This document shows, piece by piece, positions 24,938 to 49,702 of a stretch of DNA of 64,000 bases. The position numbers were made by a program, and so were the translations under genes. The notes below the pieces were generated by a model. The model was given only the letters and a program-made list of their open reading frames with translations, had not been told where the DNA came from and did not search any database. This DNA is from Bugula neritina (taxonomy: Eukaryota > Animalia > Bryozoa): positions 3,100,001 to 3,164,000 of the forward strand of contig OZ037766.1 in assembly GCA_964035545.1 (NCBI GenBank), in the 5' to 3' direction. The number at the start of each line of letters is the position of its first letter. Position 1 is the first letter of the stretch.

Positions 24938-27900
24938 TGTTAGCTTTTTCTCAGATGCTGTTACTCTTTAAAAATTAATTCAAATGAACAGACCATTACA
25001 ATGATGTCCAGCTACATTCTAGAATCTTCTATATAACTTAGTCTTAAAATAAAGTGACAAAATTGAATGGAAATAAATGCTTTTTATAACTATCCATGCA
25101 ATCCATAAGAGACGATGTAATGGGCTTTACGTCATTACTAGTTGGCAATTTTCCTAATCTAGTGAGAATAGTTTTGGCATTTTCTTTAGAATTCTAAAAG
25201 ATATTCTAAATTTAGTTACATGTTATCATGACTACGGACATTACTATTGAAGTCACTGACGAATTATCTAATATTGGTATAATAACAGACTCAAGTGACT
25301 TAGACATGTATGCATGGCTTACTTTATTTATAGTTGATTGTTGATACAGCTTATTGACTAAAATTTACAGTTTCATTGTCCAAAGTCTAAACAAATTTGA
25401 ATAAAAATATAATAATTAGCCTTCTGCTGAGTTCCTATTGGCTTAATACCAATATTTAGTATTGCTTTTTCTTCTCACTAAGCAGTTGCATTACTAATAT
25501 TTAAATTGAAAATACTGCTTATATGTTAAATTAGTTTAAGCTATTGTGTTAAGCTAATCACTGCTTTAAGCCCTGTTAGTTAAATTTGAGGTGTCCATAA
25601 TAGGCAATAAAAATTTTGCAGTTTAGATTTTCTAATTTCTATTAAGGAACTTGAACTGGTATATAAAACTTAGTACTAAGACCTGTGCCAGCATAGTGAA
25701 GATAGGTACGGTATTTAGCAAGTCAAGCCAATCATAATGATGCTGCTTAAAAACTTAGGCTATTGCATGTTGCTGGCTGATGCACCAAAATGGAGAGCTG
25801 TAAAGGAGGGGGGGGGGGCATGCATTTAAGCATACCGAGATCAAGGAGGTAGATTGCTTAGCAATTATCTAGTCTTATATATCAGGGCATATAATTAAAA
25901 CTTGCCAGAGATAAAAGCAGTCAACAAATTAGGAGATGATAAAGACATTGCGACTGTAAAGAAAAAGATTTATAAGCTAAAAGTGTGCTAATAGACCATA
26001 ATGTGAAGATTTAAAGATTTAGCATTAAAGGTTTTATACTTGGTGATCAAAAACTGTGATTTTTATCTTAAGCAGAATGGCTTTAAGCCTTTTTGCCACA
26101 AATCTCAGTGGCATTACAGAAATGTGAATTTTGTAGACTTTGTGTTATGTTTTTGAACCTTTCAATTTAAGATGAATCAATGAATGAACAAAAATGAAAC
26201 ATAACTTATATATTACCTTGCTTAGACGCAACTTTCATGCTACCACAAAAACAATAAAAGATAGCTATAATAAAAAAAAGGTTATAGATGTACAAGCTAG
26301 AAGTTATAGTTTGGATTTAAAGCTTTTGATAGAAGTTGAGCGTAGCAAGCTAGTGCAATTCTAGAAAGTTTTAACTAGTAAGTTAATGCAATGTTTTAAC
26401 ACTACTGAGCCTTTACATTTATTCAAAGCTTTGATTCTGTTCATTCTACTAGCAGACTACCAGGTTTAACTGCATGATGCGTATCACAGAATAAATTCCA
26501 CAATATTGGTTGAAGCGCAAGACTTATGAATACATTATCTAAGGTTGAGTGAACCATTTCCTAAATTCTTGTTTTCCTAAATTCTGAAAAATATGTTTAC
26601 AATTTGTAAAACATATTGCCATTAGAATGATTAGCCATAAGCTTTTTAATGATACAAAAATGCTAAAAACATTAGAACTGCTATAAGAAAAAATAACAAT
26701 ATAGTTCCCGGGTTTGTTGTATGAAGTAATTAGGAATGTTTAGCCTGAATCCTTAATCTAATATGGGGGGGGGGGGGCTGAAAAAAGACTTTGTGATTGC
26801 TTTATTGTTGTTGACTTTGATAACATTCTCGTTGTTTATAGCTTTACCAAAAATAACTTCATCTGCCATAAATGTATAAATTATTGCAATCTAACACATT
26901 GTATGGTACCTACTGCAAAGGTTGACAATTTGCCAGTATTTTCATCAGTTGACCCTGTCACATAGAGTTCAAAAACATAATTATTCAGTTTAAATCTCAT
27001 GAATATAAAAATTTGCTTCAATAATATCGAAATATCTAGAGGGATTAAACTGTCATTTGTCATAATAGCTAATCAACCTGCTTGATATGCCGGCAATAGC
27101 AACCTGATGGTCAGCAAGGCATCGGGAAACATCGTTAAATCAGTGAGTCACCTACAAGCGGATAAGCTTTAGCCATCTCATCCAAGAAAACTTTCCACTA
27201 CCGTCACCAACTTTTGCCGAATCTCTTCTAATTTATGGGAAAAGTCATCTAATTTGTGAGCTAATCTCAGAATAATGTTACAACTTTTGTTTCCGAATAA
27301 AGTATGCCGGCTTAGTCATCACATCCTGGTGACGCAGAGTTATGTAATTCTGAGTGGACGGCGGAATATCATTAGAATTTTAATCACCATGCTACACATT
27401 CATCCTATATAATATAACAGCCTAATTCAGCTAAAATGATTCCAACTCCTTCAAAAAGATATATTAACACACATTTTGTGCCTGGCACAAGTATATACAT
27501 ATTGTAAAGAAACCCAATCAATTAAGAAGACGACTCTTGACTCTATTACTGGACCTCTAAAGTCAACATTAGTCAAAACTTTGTAATATTCAAACTAGAA
27601 GTCCTTGGTTTGTGTAAACTCAAAATTCCTTGTATGAATCAAAGCTCAGAAGAATTTTTGGAAGCTATTAGCAATTTGCAACACTTGAACTCACTCAAAA
27701 ATTATAGAGTTTATAGGAATGTGATAATGTTTGAGAAACATATTTTGCAGCTATAACCTAATTACAATCTTTCCTTCATTGGGTAGCAAGAAAACACCTA
27801 GCATAGCATTTTCCATGAAGTTGATGTCTAGAAAGGGTTTGAGTAAAGCAGTCACTCTGGTGATCTAAAGATATACTGCTTAAGCTTTCCAAGTTTGCAA

Positions 27901-29121
27901 AAAATCTTTTCAGAAACAAGCATTGAACCTACACAACAATTATATAATTATCTCTTGCTAAGTACTAGCTTTTAAACTTACAGCCATTAGTCCACCTGCT
28001 CAAAGTTTCGGCTATTATACCCTACACCTACGAAGCTCGCGTCACCAGATCTCGCAAAGAAAGCATTATTATTTACATAATTTAGGCTGACTTTAGGCCA
28101 TATTTAGGCTTACTAGTTTTACCTCTTACCTTAGCAGACTTAATTATTCTTTATTTGTTTGTTTTAAAATGCTAAATAATTGTTTAGTAGGGAAATGATT
28201 GCAGAAACTGTAGTTTTTATTTGTGAAAGTGACAACAAAATATCTGCTTTGTTGGTTTACAGCATGTCCTTCATTATCTGTTTCAAAGAATCATGCACAT
28301 AATTTTGTAATAAATATAGCCAAGGCATATATTTTATAAAATCAGATTGAAAGCAAAAGCAAGCTTGATTCTGTGAAATGAATTAGATTAGAATTATTAC
28401 AAAAAAGGCCTAGCTTATAAAACTTAAGTCTTTGTTATGCTTCCTGTTCTACTGGTATATAGAGTTACTATTGAACTACCACACTTACACTTATATGTTA
28501 ACGTCTTCTATATTATTGATGTTTTGCCAAACTTATGTCATGTACCAGAGTTACATGCTATAGCTTGTTGCCCAGACACCAACTAAAATGACCGGTAAGT
28601 AAGCATACATTCTGTATTTCAATCTTACGTGTAGATTGTTACAAACCATTCAAACCGCTGAATTTGACTCATTAATAACGTAAAAAGGGAAGTGGAATTG
28701 TCTAATGTGGAATTCGTACTGTCTTGTGTTTAGAATGTGGGCATTGACCATAACGTTTCAGTATAGAAGTAGTTCTTGGGTAGGTAGGTAGTGAGGTTTA
28801 TGCAAGCAACTAACTTGATTCGACAATAAGCTATACTAAACTGCACTAATACAAGTTTATTAGTAATACAGAACTTCAGTTAAAGCAATATAAACTCCAA
28901 CTGAATTGTAGAGAAAAAACGTTTCAATACTACTCTTATATATACAAGGGATCAACAAATCATTTGACAACTTACAAACGTGAAGGCAGAGGTGATTAAG
29001 AGATCTGAATGCAAGAGAAAGAATGTATTGGGAAACACCAAGGTGATAAACATCATATTCAAATACGGAGAGCCTATATATTTCATTGCTGCAATTTCCA
29101 GTTAACAGGGAGAGCTCGAAT

Positions 29122-39337
<10,216 letters not shown>

Positions 39338-40330
39338 GTTTTAGAAAACTTAACTGACAAACATTTGCTAACTATTAGAACAAGTTCTTCAACAGTGATA
39401 ACCTACAAATATGGGGGTTTGTGCTCGAGTCAAGTATTTTTGATCAATGAATAAGGATAGAACTCCTTCTAACAGTATTATTGTACAGTGTACTTGAATT
39501 ATTCAAATAAGTTTCCAGCAAATGCTTGCTTTTATAATGCTCATCATTGAATTTTATAAATTATTTTTTTTATTTTTATATTAACATTAAATATTCATTT
39601 TTAACATGACTGACATATTTACTAGTTGGTAAAGCATTTTTAACTTATGAATATTATGTACAAATTCTGACAAGTGGCAACAGCAATCGATTTTTTTATC
39701 AATTTGATGACAAGGAGAATTCCTACTCCGCAATGTAATTATTTTCAAATAAATACTTGAAAATCATTTTTTCTGTTGATGAAATATATCTTTCTTTGAA
39801 ATAACTCTAATATTTTTATTAATATTGATTGCAGTGAACTAAAAATGACAAGCTTCTAGTTGATTATAATAACATTTACTGAAATAGCTGTTCAACAACT
39901 TATTTCCCTTCTAAGAAAAGATTAGAGCTAACAAAGAGAATTAAAATATTTTGATATATATTTAATAGTTATTATTATAACTTCCCTTCAGTTTTTATAT
40001 TAATCATTGTTTATGTGACATAAATAACCTTGATATTAGATTCTGGATAAAGATACCACATAACATAACAGGAAGCTTATGGTAGAATAGCTATAGGTTG
40101 GCAGTTACAATGTAAGAAGATTTTTAGTTACTGGCCTCTTAATATAATGCTTCCTGATCTGCGTTAAGTATACATATATGCATAAGTAATTATTATTTGT
40201 ATTATGCATGCTAATATACCAAGAATTACCTAATATATAACATGATAGATTACGTCTTTATCACTATAAGTTATCAACTCCCATAAGCCTGAAAAAGTCA
40301 AAGTCAAAATAAACTACAGAAAAAACTCCC

Positions 40331-40510
40331 CTAGGTTTACAGCCACTATCCCTGTAGGAGCCTCGACAAAAGGGCTTTTTAAGCGGGCTAAGGATTTATT
40401 CATATGTGGCAAAGAAGAAATTACGACTGGATGCTCTTCCTAACATCACCAACGTCGGTGTGCTTGCTAAACCCCCCCCTTGTTCTAACCACTAGACAAC
40501 AGCGATTCCT
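40331..40510 (-). mobile_element. tRNA-derived SINE family A copy
   Basis: tttacagccactatccctgtaggagcc (tail) and gactggatgctcttcctaacatc (core, matching the 16.3 kb copy). Confidence 0.8.
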
Positions 40511-41724
40511 ATAAAACAAACCACAGAAAAAGTAGTGTGTATAATATGTTGAATGAGAGTAAACAAAAATAGAATTTCTAGCTCTCTCATTCACCAGTGG
40601 GTTGACAGATTCATACTTTACATCAGTTGAATTGAGGCTTTACTCATTAGCATTTAGGGAAATGGCTTGAACATTCCATGCATGAACTGTTACTTCTGAG
40701 TTCTTTTTATACCATACAGTCACCTTACTAAAAGCCAAAAACAGGTAAATGGAAAAAACACGACTTTATATCTTGTTGTCAACTCTGAAAAACATTGTAG
40801 TAATTGGCACCAGCCAGTAAACAAACATTATGCAATGTGATTGAGAGAGAGTGTCTGAATCAGTCAACTTTCAGCACAGACGCATTGCATAATAGAATAT
40901 TCTGGTAGATTTCCAATGGATGACCTAAATAGAGACCATTATGGGGTATGATGGTGATACAGACCAACACACCGAGTAATGTTATATGATTAATCTTGCT
41001 ATTTACATAATAACATTACCAAATATGCATATTTAGTTAATAGAATTGTCACTACTACTCTCTTTGATTAACTGGCTGGGTAGTTGAACTGAGTGGAGAA
41101 GAGAGCGCTCCACCAAACACTCTCCTGACAGGTTTTCTCATTCCAATGCATGATTTATTATTTAATAGTTTATATAGTTGAGCCCAGAAAGCTAGTTGCC
41201 TCTTCGACTAGTAAGAATTAATAAAAAAACCTAAAAGATGTGACCCACTAGAAACGCTAGAACTTTAAACTTAAAAACTATAATCAAAATTTAAAAACAA
41301 ACACAATTTGGAGGAAATCAAACATATTGATTGAAGGGTAAAGATAAAATCTCACAAAGTACTTTTAATCAGCTATGCTCAGAGCTTCTGGTCTAACATT
41401 TGCATGATTTATTCGTTTGCAGCTTGCTTAGTAATGCACATTATGCAATATATTTATTGGAAAATATGTAAATAAATTTGCCTTTCTAAAAGTGGGTTAC
41501 ATGAGGCCTGTCATATACATGTCAATACTCAGTCTAGATAGTTTTGAGTTTTACGTGTTTAGCTGAAAAAATGTTTTAATATGTTTTTTTAATAGATTTA
41601 TGTCCAGTAAAAGGTCTGTATAGAGTTTAGAATTTAGAGCATGCAGAATAGACTATATGCCTAATGCCATTTGTTTGAGGTGAAGTTGTTACTTCTAAAT
41701 ATGCAAGTCGTCTGCTGCAAGATA

Positions 41725-42240
41725 TTGACACCTGCCACTGACACTCTCTGCCGGTAACTACTGACACTGTCTGCCGGTAACTAATGACACTTTCTACAGG
41801 TATAACTACTGACACTTTCTGCAGGCAACTACTGACACTGTCTGCCGGTAACTATATTGACACTGACTGCCAGTAACTATTGACACTTTCTACAGGTATA
41901 ACTATTGACACTGTCTGCAGGTAACTACTGACACTGTCTGCAGGTAACTACTGACACTGTCTGCAGGTAACTACTGACACTCTCTGCAGGTAACTATTGA
42001 CAGTCTCTGCAGGTAACTATACTGCCACTCACTGCAAGTAACTACTGACACTCTCTGCAGGTAACTAATGACACTTTCTGCAGGTAACTAATGACACTCT
42101 CTGCAGGTAACTATTGACACTCTCTGCAGGTAACCACTGACACTGTCTGCAGGTAACTATTGACACTCTCTGCAGGTAACTATTGACACTCTCTGCAGGT
42201 AACCACTGACGCTCTCTGCAGGTAACTACTGACACTTTCT
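41725..42240 (+). repeat. 23-bp minisatellite (TGACACTSTCTGCAGGTAACTAY)n, about 22 copies
   Basis: Visible array with period 23. Confidence 0.95.
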
Positions 42241-45200
42241 ACTACAAAATACTGGTTTGACTCAACAACTCAATTTAAGCCACTCAATGCACACTGCCTA
42301 ATGGCGTGTATCGAAAAGTAGAAACATAATTTTAATAATTTCAGTTTATTAATTTTCCTTTGATGTTTGACATCTGCAGGAAGATCAGCAAAGGATATGG
42401 TCAAAGTAGACAAGCACCAAGCGGATGAAGAAAGAGTCCAGTCTTTTGATTTATAAATGGTAAAATGTATAGAACAGACACTTATAAAGTACATTGGTGG
42501 TTTACTGTTGATAATTTTGAAATAAAATAATCTAATGATTACTTACTAAATCATGAAGGCATGATCAACACTTTGTCTACCCGAAAGTTCACATACACTA
42601 ACCTTAAGTACTTAATGTGCAGGTCACATTGTTTAGTGCATATCTATCTTTAAGTAGAGACAGCAATCATACTTGGAAAGACATTCATATGCTTTTTAAA
42701 ACCATAAAGTACATATATTTATTTAGTACATTCCATGTATGTCTTAACCTGGCTGAATTGTTATTGCAATAGTTTAGTGTGTGTGCGTGCACAATGGAGT
42801 GATAGAGAAAAGTAAAATAGAGAGAAAACAAGAGAGATATAGAGATAAAAAAATAGAAATAGAGAATAAAAAGAAGATACATAATAGAAAATATGAAATA
42901 CATACTAGATGCAGGAATTAAAACAATTTTACACTGCCACTGCTTAAAAACGGAATAAAGTAGATGTTACTTTATCCTTCAATGCTAGTGAATGTCGGTA
43001 GATACAGAGAAGTAGATGGAGGGTTGTAAAAGCTCACGAGTTTCATCAGGTTAAGGTCAAGGTCATGTGCTTAAAACTGCAATCACAAACATAACTATAT
43101 ATGACACCTCTACATGAGAATCATTTACAATAACTTTGATACAAGATTAAACCTAACTTCTGCAAATTACTTGCCAAGAAAAAGGTTTTTAGGGGGGGGG
43201 GAACTATTGGTATGCGTCTACAACCTGAATTTTCCGTTTCAGAATCTGTGTCATCCAGAACTTAATTCACTGATGAGTAAAGGTAGCAACCCTAGTTTGG
43301 CTGTTTACCTTATTTTGCAATACTATATAGGAACATATCATGCTTCTAATTTATTGAAAATCCTGTTTTTTGAACTTATCTAGACACTTTCGTTCCAAGT
43401 TTATTCCTGCCCAGGGGCTGAAACAATTAAATTAATGGCTGTAAATTTGTAGCAATATGTAGCTGTTAGCAATAAGCTGTTGATGGATAATTCAAATATA
43501 CAAATTGTCACATTGATTTATAATTTTTACACGCGTCAAACAATGCCTGTTAGAGCCAACATTTAATTTTCCAGCTGGCTTTCAAGTCGCCTCATTTAAT
43601 TTTTAAGTATAGAAAAACTTTACAATATACGCAAACTGTTATTAATTTTGCCTTTTCAACAATATTCGGAGCAAAAACGTCAAAAGTTTCTTTTTCCTAG
43701 CACATTTTAAGGTAAAAAAGGCGGATTTGAATTGAAAATATATGGCATGCCTCTTTGTTATTGACCTGAGCAATTCAGAATAAATTAGAATAATTAAATG
43801 GCCTTTAAATTAATTAGTTGCTAAACTATGACAAACAGAAAGTTGCTCTCAGATAAATTCGGTATATCTCTTAGAGTAAATTAAAATTTAGCCGGAAGTC
43901 AATTAAACTTTAATGGTTATTGGCTAACGGCATTTGTGCCAAAACAATTTCAAGTTTGATGGATGACGTCAAATAAATACTTTTGATAATGTTATAACTT
44001 TGATATATCCCGATTACAGTCAATCAAGCCAATCATTGTATCTTGCAGTGCTGTGACAGTATTTAGTTTAGCTTCAGTATATGCAGCACTACCTTTGGTC
44101 TCACAAAAGGTACAGATTGATTGTGGCTTTTGGTATCAATACTAAAAATATTCTTTTTACTGGAAATAAAAGTTTTTTTTTGTCCAAATAGCATCAAAGC
44201 ATACAACACTTATGTTAGTATTGAGTGTATAAATGTGATCGTAAGCCAGGAGTTGTACTGGAATTAATGAAAAATATCAAACATACTGACAATGGAGAAG
44301 CAAAAGATTTGATGTTGAAAAATTTGAAATGCTAAAATAACAGCAATTTAGTAGCCTGCAATTTCATTATATTCGATAATTTTCACACTGGCCTAGCACT
44401 AGTGCCCTGATACACCTATTTTACCTCAGGGGAGGGACAAAAATAATTCGTAAAACTTAGTATTAGATGTGATAATGGTTCCAATAAATGGGTTAAAGCA
44501 GTTGTGGAACAACTCCAACTCCAAACCAGAAGTTAGAAACTAAAGCTAAGAACACAAATGTAAAGTAAATTTTCTGATGGCATACATTCTCGCAGGAAAT
44601 AAACTTGATTACAAGGAAAGACAATTTCACAAGATAATTATCATTATTATAGCTAAAACCTTAATTAAAAGCTGAAAAATATTGTGTGTATTAGGAAAAG
44701 GATACGTTTTGAAATAAATATTAATTGTTTTTAGTTCAATCTTGTTTCTAGTTGGTGCAGGCTATGCTCATGTAGCTATTTTAATGTCAGCAAACAATTG
44801 ACTAACAAGTTATATAAATAAAAAGTAAATAAAATAGTTGTAACATTAATAGGTGCATATAGACAGCTATAGTGAGAATTAACGGAGTATGCCTTTCATT
44901 AAATACATAGTATTTTACAAGTCATTTAGCTTTGGTTTTAGATTTTTATGCTAAAAGTATTATATAGGTTTTATATCTAACTTTTATTTAATATATTGTA
45001 TAAACATGAAATGGCTGTTAAAGTAAGAAATAGGCAACTCCTAACTTTTTATAGAACCAGAATTATCAAATCACAAAAGTCACAAATATTAAAAGTTTTG
45101 TGCAAAAACAACCGTTGCATGGCAACGAAGCAAATAAACTTAGAAATATTACGTTGAAACATTTGAAGTATATAAAGTAACTCAAAACTTGAGAGAAGAT

Positions 45201-48200
45201 TTTTGGTGAATTCACACAGGTTTCAAGATCTGTTTAAGTAAGGACTGCTCTTGACCCTCCCACAAACCTGCCTTGAATCGTTCTTTAAAACATGGACTAC
45301 ATGTTAATGTTTTTCATGCAAAATTGACCAAGATAAAGCAGTTTTAAATAGGCCTGATTTAAAACGACAATTGTGCCTCGTAAAACAACCTTACTGTCTA
45401 ATAGTCCAATTACAAGATACCCAATCCAGCTGCATAGCCCTATCATCTTTGAACTGATTACGAAATCAATGCATGTAGACATGCAGAGAGTCTGTCATGC
45501 TGTCAACATTGTTTTGTTGACTGAATCTGAGCAGAATTGTGTTAGCTATAATATGGTAATAGAATCATATAATGCTAAATTATTTCAAATCATGTAAATA
45601 CATATATCAAGTGTCTAGATTGTGTATAAAATTAGCTTAAAATATACTTTATGATATACATCTAATTACATTTTGTGTTGCTTGATATGGTGAAAACACA
45701 CGCTGATGAATTATTCTACTATAAAATGTTGGTGCTTTTTAATCATACTTGAGTCTACCATGACTTGTAATCATTATACTTGGGTTTTCTACTGCATGAA
45801 ATATTGTAACACTTAGGAAGTATTATTTTTATACTCTAGTATAACAACTAGAGTAAGTTCTTGTATCAGATAATAGCAGTCATATAATGTCACACTGCAA
45901 ATAAAAGTAGATAGAAAGTATGACCTATTTTATAGTTAGTTGGAGATTGAAAAATAACATGTTATGTAAGCTACTTCTATTTTGTTTTAGTTTTTGACTG
46001 CAAAAAGCTTTACTGTGCTAACTCGTAAATTTCTTTTTACATTTTGGCCTTTATTTTTAAATTTAAGGTCAATTCTTTGTAATTAATGGTTTGAATCATT
46101 TTGAAAAAATCTTGTAATAAATCAATTGGAATATCAAGGATTCCTAATCATTTCAAGAACTACATGTAATATTCACATGGTTCTTCAAAATACTGAATAA
46201 TTATTATAAATCAAACTAAGTTTTGATTATTTCAGTTCATCAGTTATTATTTTTCTTTTCATTAATCCTTTTAGTACATGCAAATAAACAATTTCTGCAA
46301 TAAAAATATTTTTTGTTCCCGTTGGTAACACAAGTTTCATGCGAAGCATTAATAACCTATCTGCCTTTACAATCAGGTGGAGCACCCTTCATCAACTTGT
46401 AAAGTAGGCTAAAATTTATTACAAAATTAACTAATTGTGATTCATTTAATTGCAAAAGATCAACAAAGACCTGCAGGGTTAATCAGCATTCTTTTTGAAT
46501 ACTTTTAGCTCTTCGTCTTTGAGGACATTTATATGATGCATAATTTGACATTCACATGGGCAGATGAGTATCACCATCAATATTTAAAGTATTTTTTTAA
46601 AAAGCTTCTGATGCTAATTTTTTGCTTTTCTACGCCTATCAAAGAAAGTGTTTGGGAGAATGCAAAAGCCCTTGAGAGCTAATGGCATATGTTAGTAAGA
46701 ATTCTTGTATATAAGTGTAAAATTACATGCATTTTTGTGGGCACTGAACAAAGCAAAGCTGGTAGTAAACGCGAGGGCAGTAATGCTGAAATAGCTAATT
46801 AGGCCCCTCCTCTATGGTACTTCCTATTTTGGTTTATAGCAAGTCAATATCTAATGTATGTAGTTTAACATTGAAGCAAAAACTGAGAACATTACAATAC
46901 TTTTACTACAGTATACTCCTAGTTTTATGCAAATACAAATTATATGCCAAGTTTTAGTAAATATATAGTTAATTTACATTTGTAATATTGTTTTTTACAA
47001 AACTCAAATTGCTCTAAATTTTGTTCTTAAACTGCATTGTTACTAATTAATATAGTTGCAAGAGCAGATAATATTAAAATTATAACAGCAAATGTGACCC
47101 AATTTCATGATTTAATCTATAATAAAGACTTTTTTTTCAAATTCAACGTTTTATTCAATTATAATAATTATAATATATAGTGAGAATTATTCAAAGCTAA
47201 AACATTTCTTTTAAATTCTCGTATAGTTTGCAGGATATGGTCATTGAATATGAATTTCTCATTACTTAAATAGTTTAACTTCATTGTTAAAAATAAATAT
47301 AAATCTTTGTTGAACCTACATGTAGGAAAGCATTTCTAATGATAATTTATCTAACATAAGCAAAAATCTTCAAATTCTATTTGCCCTTGACATGTATGTT
47401 TGTTTTCTGTATAGATAAAGAAGAATCAATGTTTTATGGTTAACAAAAACTGGCATTGTATGATACTTACTAAGATTTTTCTCCAAAAGTCATGTAATTA
47501 GACCAAAATAATTTTACATCAGCAAAACAATTTATTTATGTAACAAGAAACTTCATCAGTTTCCTTGTATTTTGTAACAAAACCAACTCGGAGAATGCAT
47601 AGAACAGACAGATTAGCAGCCAGGAAGTCTAGAAATAGCAAAAATGTTAATAATCAGTGGTTTACCGCTGCACTCTTTCTCCTTTTACCTCAAACCACAA
47701 TGGTAGATATTCTGGTTAGAATGACACCAAACTATTATATTTCTAACCAAGAGAGTCAGTACAACCTTAGATGGTACCAGGTAGCCATAAGCTGTTGATT
47801 ACAACACCCCCAAATGACATCCACTATGGTGGATGGGCTGTTAAAACATACAACTGAAAAAACCCAACAATAAATTTTATGATCAATTAACTATACTAAA
47901 TAGTTTCAGACAGAATTAGATATGCACCAAACTAAAAGAAGTACATAAAAGCTAAGAAGGTTTTTCTAAATCTAGATCTTAAGCTGAAGCCTATTAATTT
48001 ACTTAATCTTACACTTTGATTTTGAATATTGTATGTTGAGGTTTTAGAATAAAAATATATTTAGATGGAATTAAAATGATTAATGACCAGTTATAAATAT
48101 AAATTATTAAACCACCAGTAGTATTGTCTGTTTATGCAGATTACTTATTTGTTTGTGGGTAAAAAAGCAATATATGCTAATTTAATTTAAATACTTGATT

Positions 48201-48619
48201 TTATGTGAAAATAATTGCTAAGATAATTAGCATCTCAATGACTCATTTTACATCCTACTAGACAGCAATGAGTCATAATTATACAGACTGTATGCAAGAT
48301 TCAGTAGTACCTATACATACCAGGGCCAACATATGCTAAACTTGGAAATTTATTTTGTCTGTAAGAAAAATTATAGCATATTCATAGGCCATGCAGCATA
48401 AATTTACCGGTGATAATAGTAATGAGTAATAAATTATTTATAGTAGAAGTTATACCTTGAAGAAGCAGCTATTGCAGTAACACAGTAACTGTTGTGGTAT
48501 ATCTATATAAATCAAAATACAACATAACAACTTTATGAAGAACCATGGTAAAAGTTTTAGGTTGGGTTAAAGACTGTCCCTCCCACCATGCTGGAAACAT
48601 TATTTAAGAACTTTTGCTT

Positions 48620-48748
48620 TAGCCCAGTAGCATTTATGTTGCATGGATGCCCTTTTTCAAATTACCAATAGTCTTGATGATAAAAATTTGATCTCATGAT
48701 CTAGCACTTGCTAGACCAGTGCCCTAACTTCTCAACCACGTCTGCTCT
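48620..48748 (-). mobile_element. Highly degraded SINE copy related to family A
   Basis: tggatgcccttttt (core-like), tttgatctcatga (B-box-like) and gcacttgctagaccagtgccctaac (head-like). Confidence 0.45.
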
Positions 48749-48752
48749 ACTC

Positions 48753-48902
48753 GAATTGTTCTATAAGCAGCTCCGAGTTGGAGGTGAAGGACAATTTAGT
48801 TTGGGGTCTCAAGTATAGAGTTGAGGACTTAACTCCAAACTTGACACCCTCAAACTAAAAGCGCCCTTCACCCCCAACTCGGAGCTGCTTATAGAGCAAT
48901 TC
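48753..48902. mobile_element. MITE (150 bp, long terminal inverted repeats)
   Basis: GAATTGTTCTATAAGCAGCTCCGAGTTGGAGGTGAAGG vs the reverse complement of the right end differs at only 2 of 38 positions, and pairing continues inward. The flanking direct repeat tctactc (48746-48752 and 48905-48911) resembles a target-site duplication. Confidence 0.85.
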
Positions 48903-49606
48903 ATTCTACTCAGAGACCTTAAATTGGTTTGGTGATGAACCTTAAACATGCAAGAGTTGGACCCTCCACTGGAGATTATTCAACCAGAATTAATTGCTGC
49001 TTGCCGGAATATAAAATTATATTTTAGAGTCTAGTATCTGCAATAGACCCAATGCTATAGCATTTACAGAGAACTGACAACTCCTAGTAATTTGACTGTA
49101 TGATAAACAATTAATAAACATAATAATGTTGCGTTGCAAAAGTCAAAGTGTAAAAATTGTTCATGGTTACAATTTGCTGAGTAAAACATAAAAAGTTGGG
49201 CTCCTTTCGATAACCTTTTTAGCAAAACATGCCTAAGATCTACTTGCCAACTCATCAATAAAAATTTGAGATACTGTTCTATATTCTCAGTAACTTTGAT
49301 ACCAGCTACACCCTTAGACTGTTAAGAGGTTCCTGTATCTACCCATATAATACTCTAGATAACTGCAAACAATTAGAAATAATGTCCTAGCTAACACGTA
49401 ATCTTGTCTATATGTTACGAAGTTACAAGTTATTTATTGAGTGTAATTTGTCAATTAGAATTGCTTCTAATTTTAAATAAAATTATGTGTAATTTAATTG
49501 ATTGATGCAATTAAAATGGCACAATTTGCTTACTATTGTAGACTAGTATTTGCATACACTGTGTTTAATGTTTATGCATTTAAAAAGTGTACAAGAGACT
49601 GATCAC

Positions 49607-49702
49607 TTTGTTTTAAAAGATTGCAGTACGTCATGGTTAAAGTAGCAGTTTGTTTTAAAAGATGTTTTTATTGCAGTACGTCATGGTTAAAGTAAGTTTG
49701 TG
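49607..49702 (+). repeat. Tandem duplication of about 45-50 bp
   Basis: tttgttttaaaagat..attgcagtacgtcatggttaaagta occurs twice. Confidence 0.85.

Noticed and set aside
41725-42240. CRISPR-like appearance of regular repeats (also at 61.4 and 62.5 kb)
   Set aside because: Contiguous units without unique spacers, no cas genes, and a eukaryotic context.
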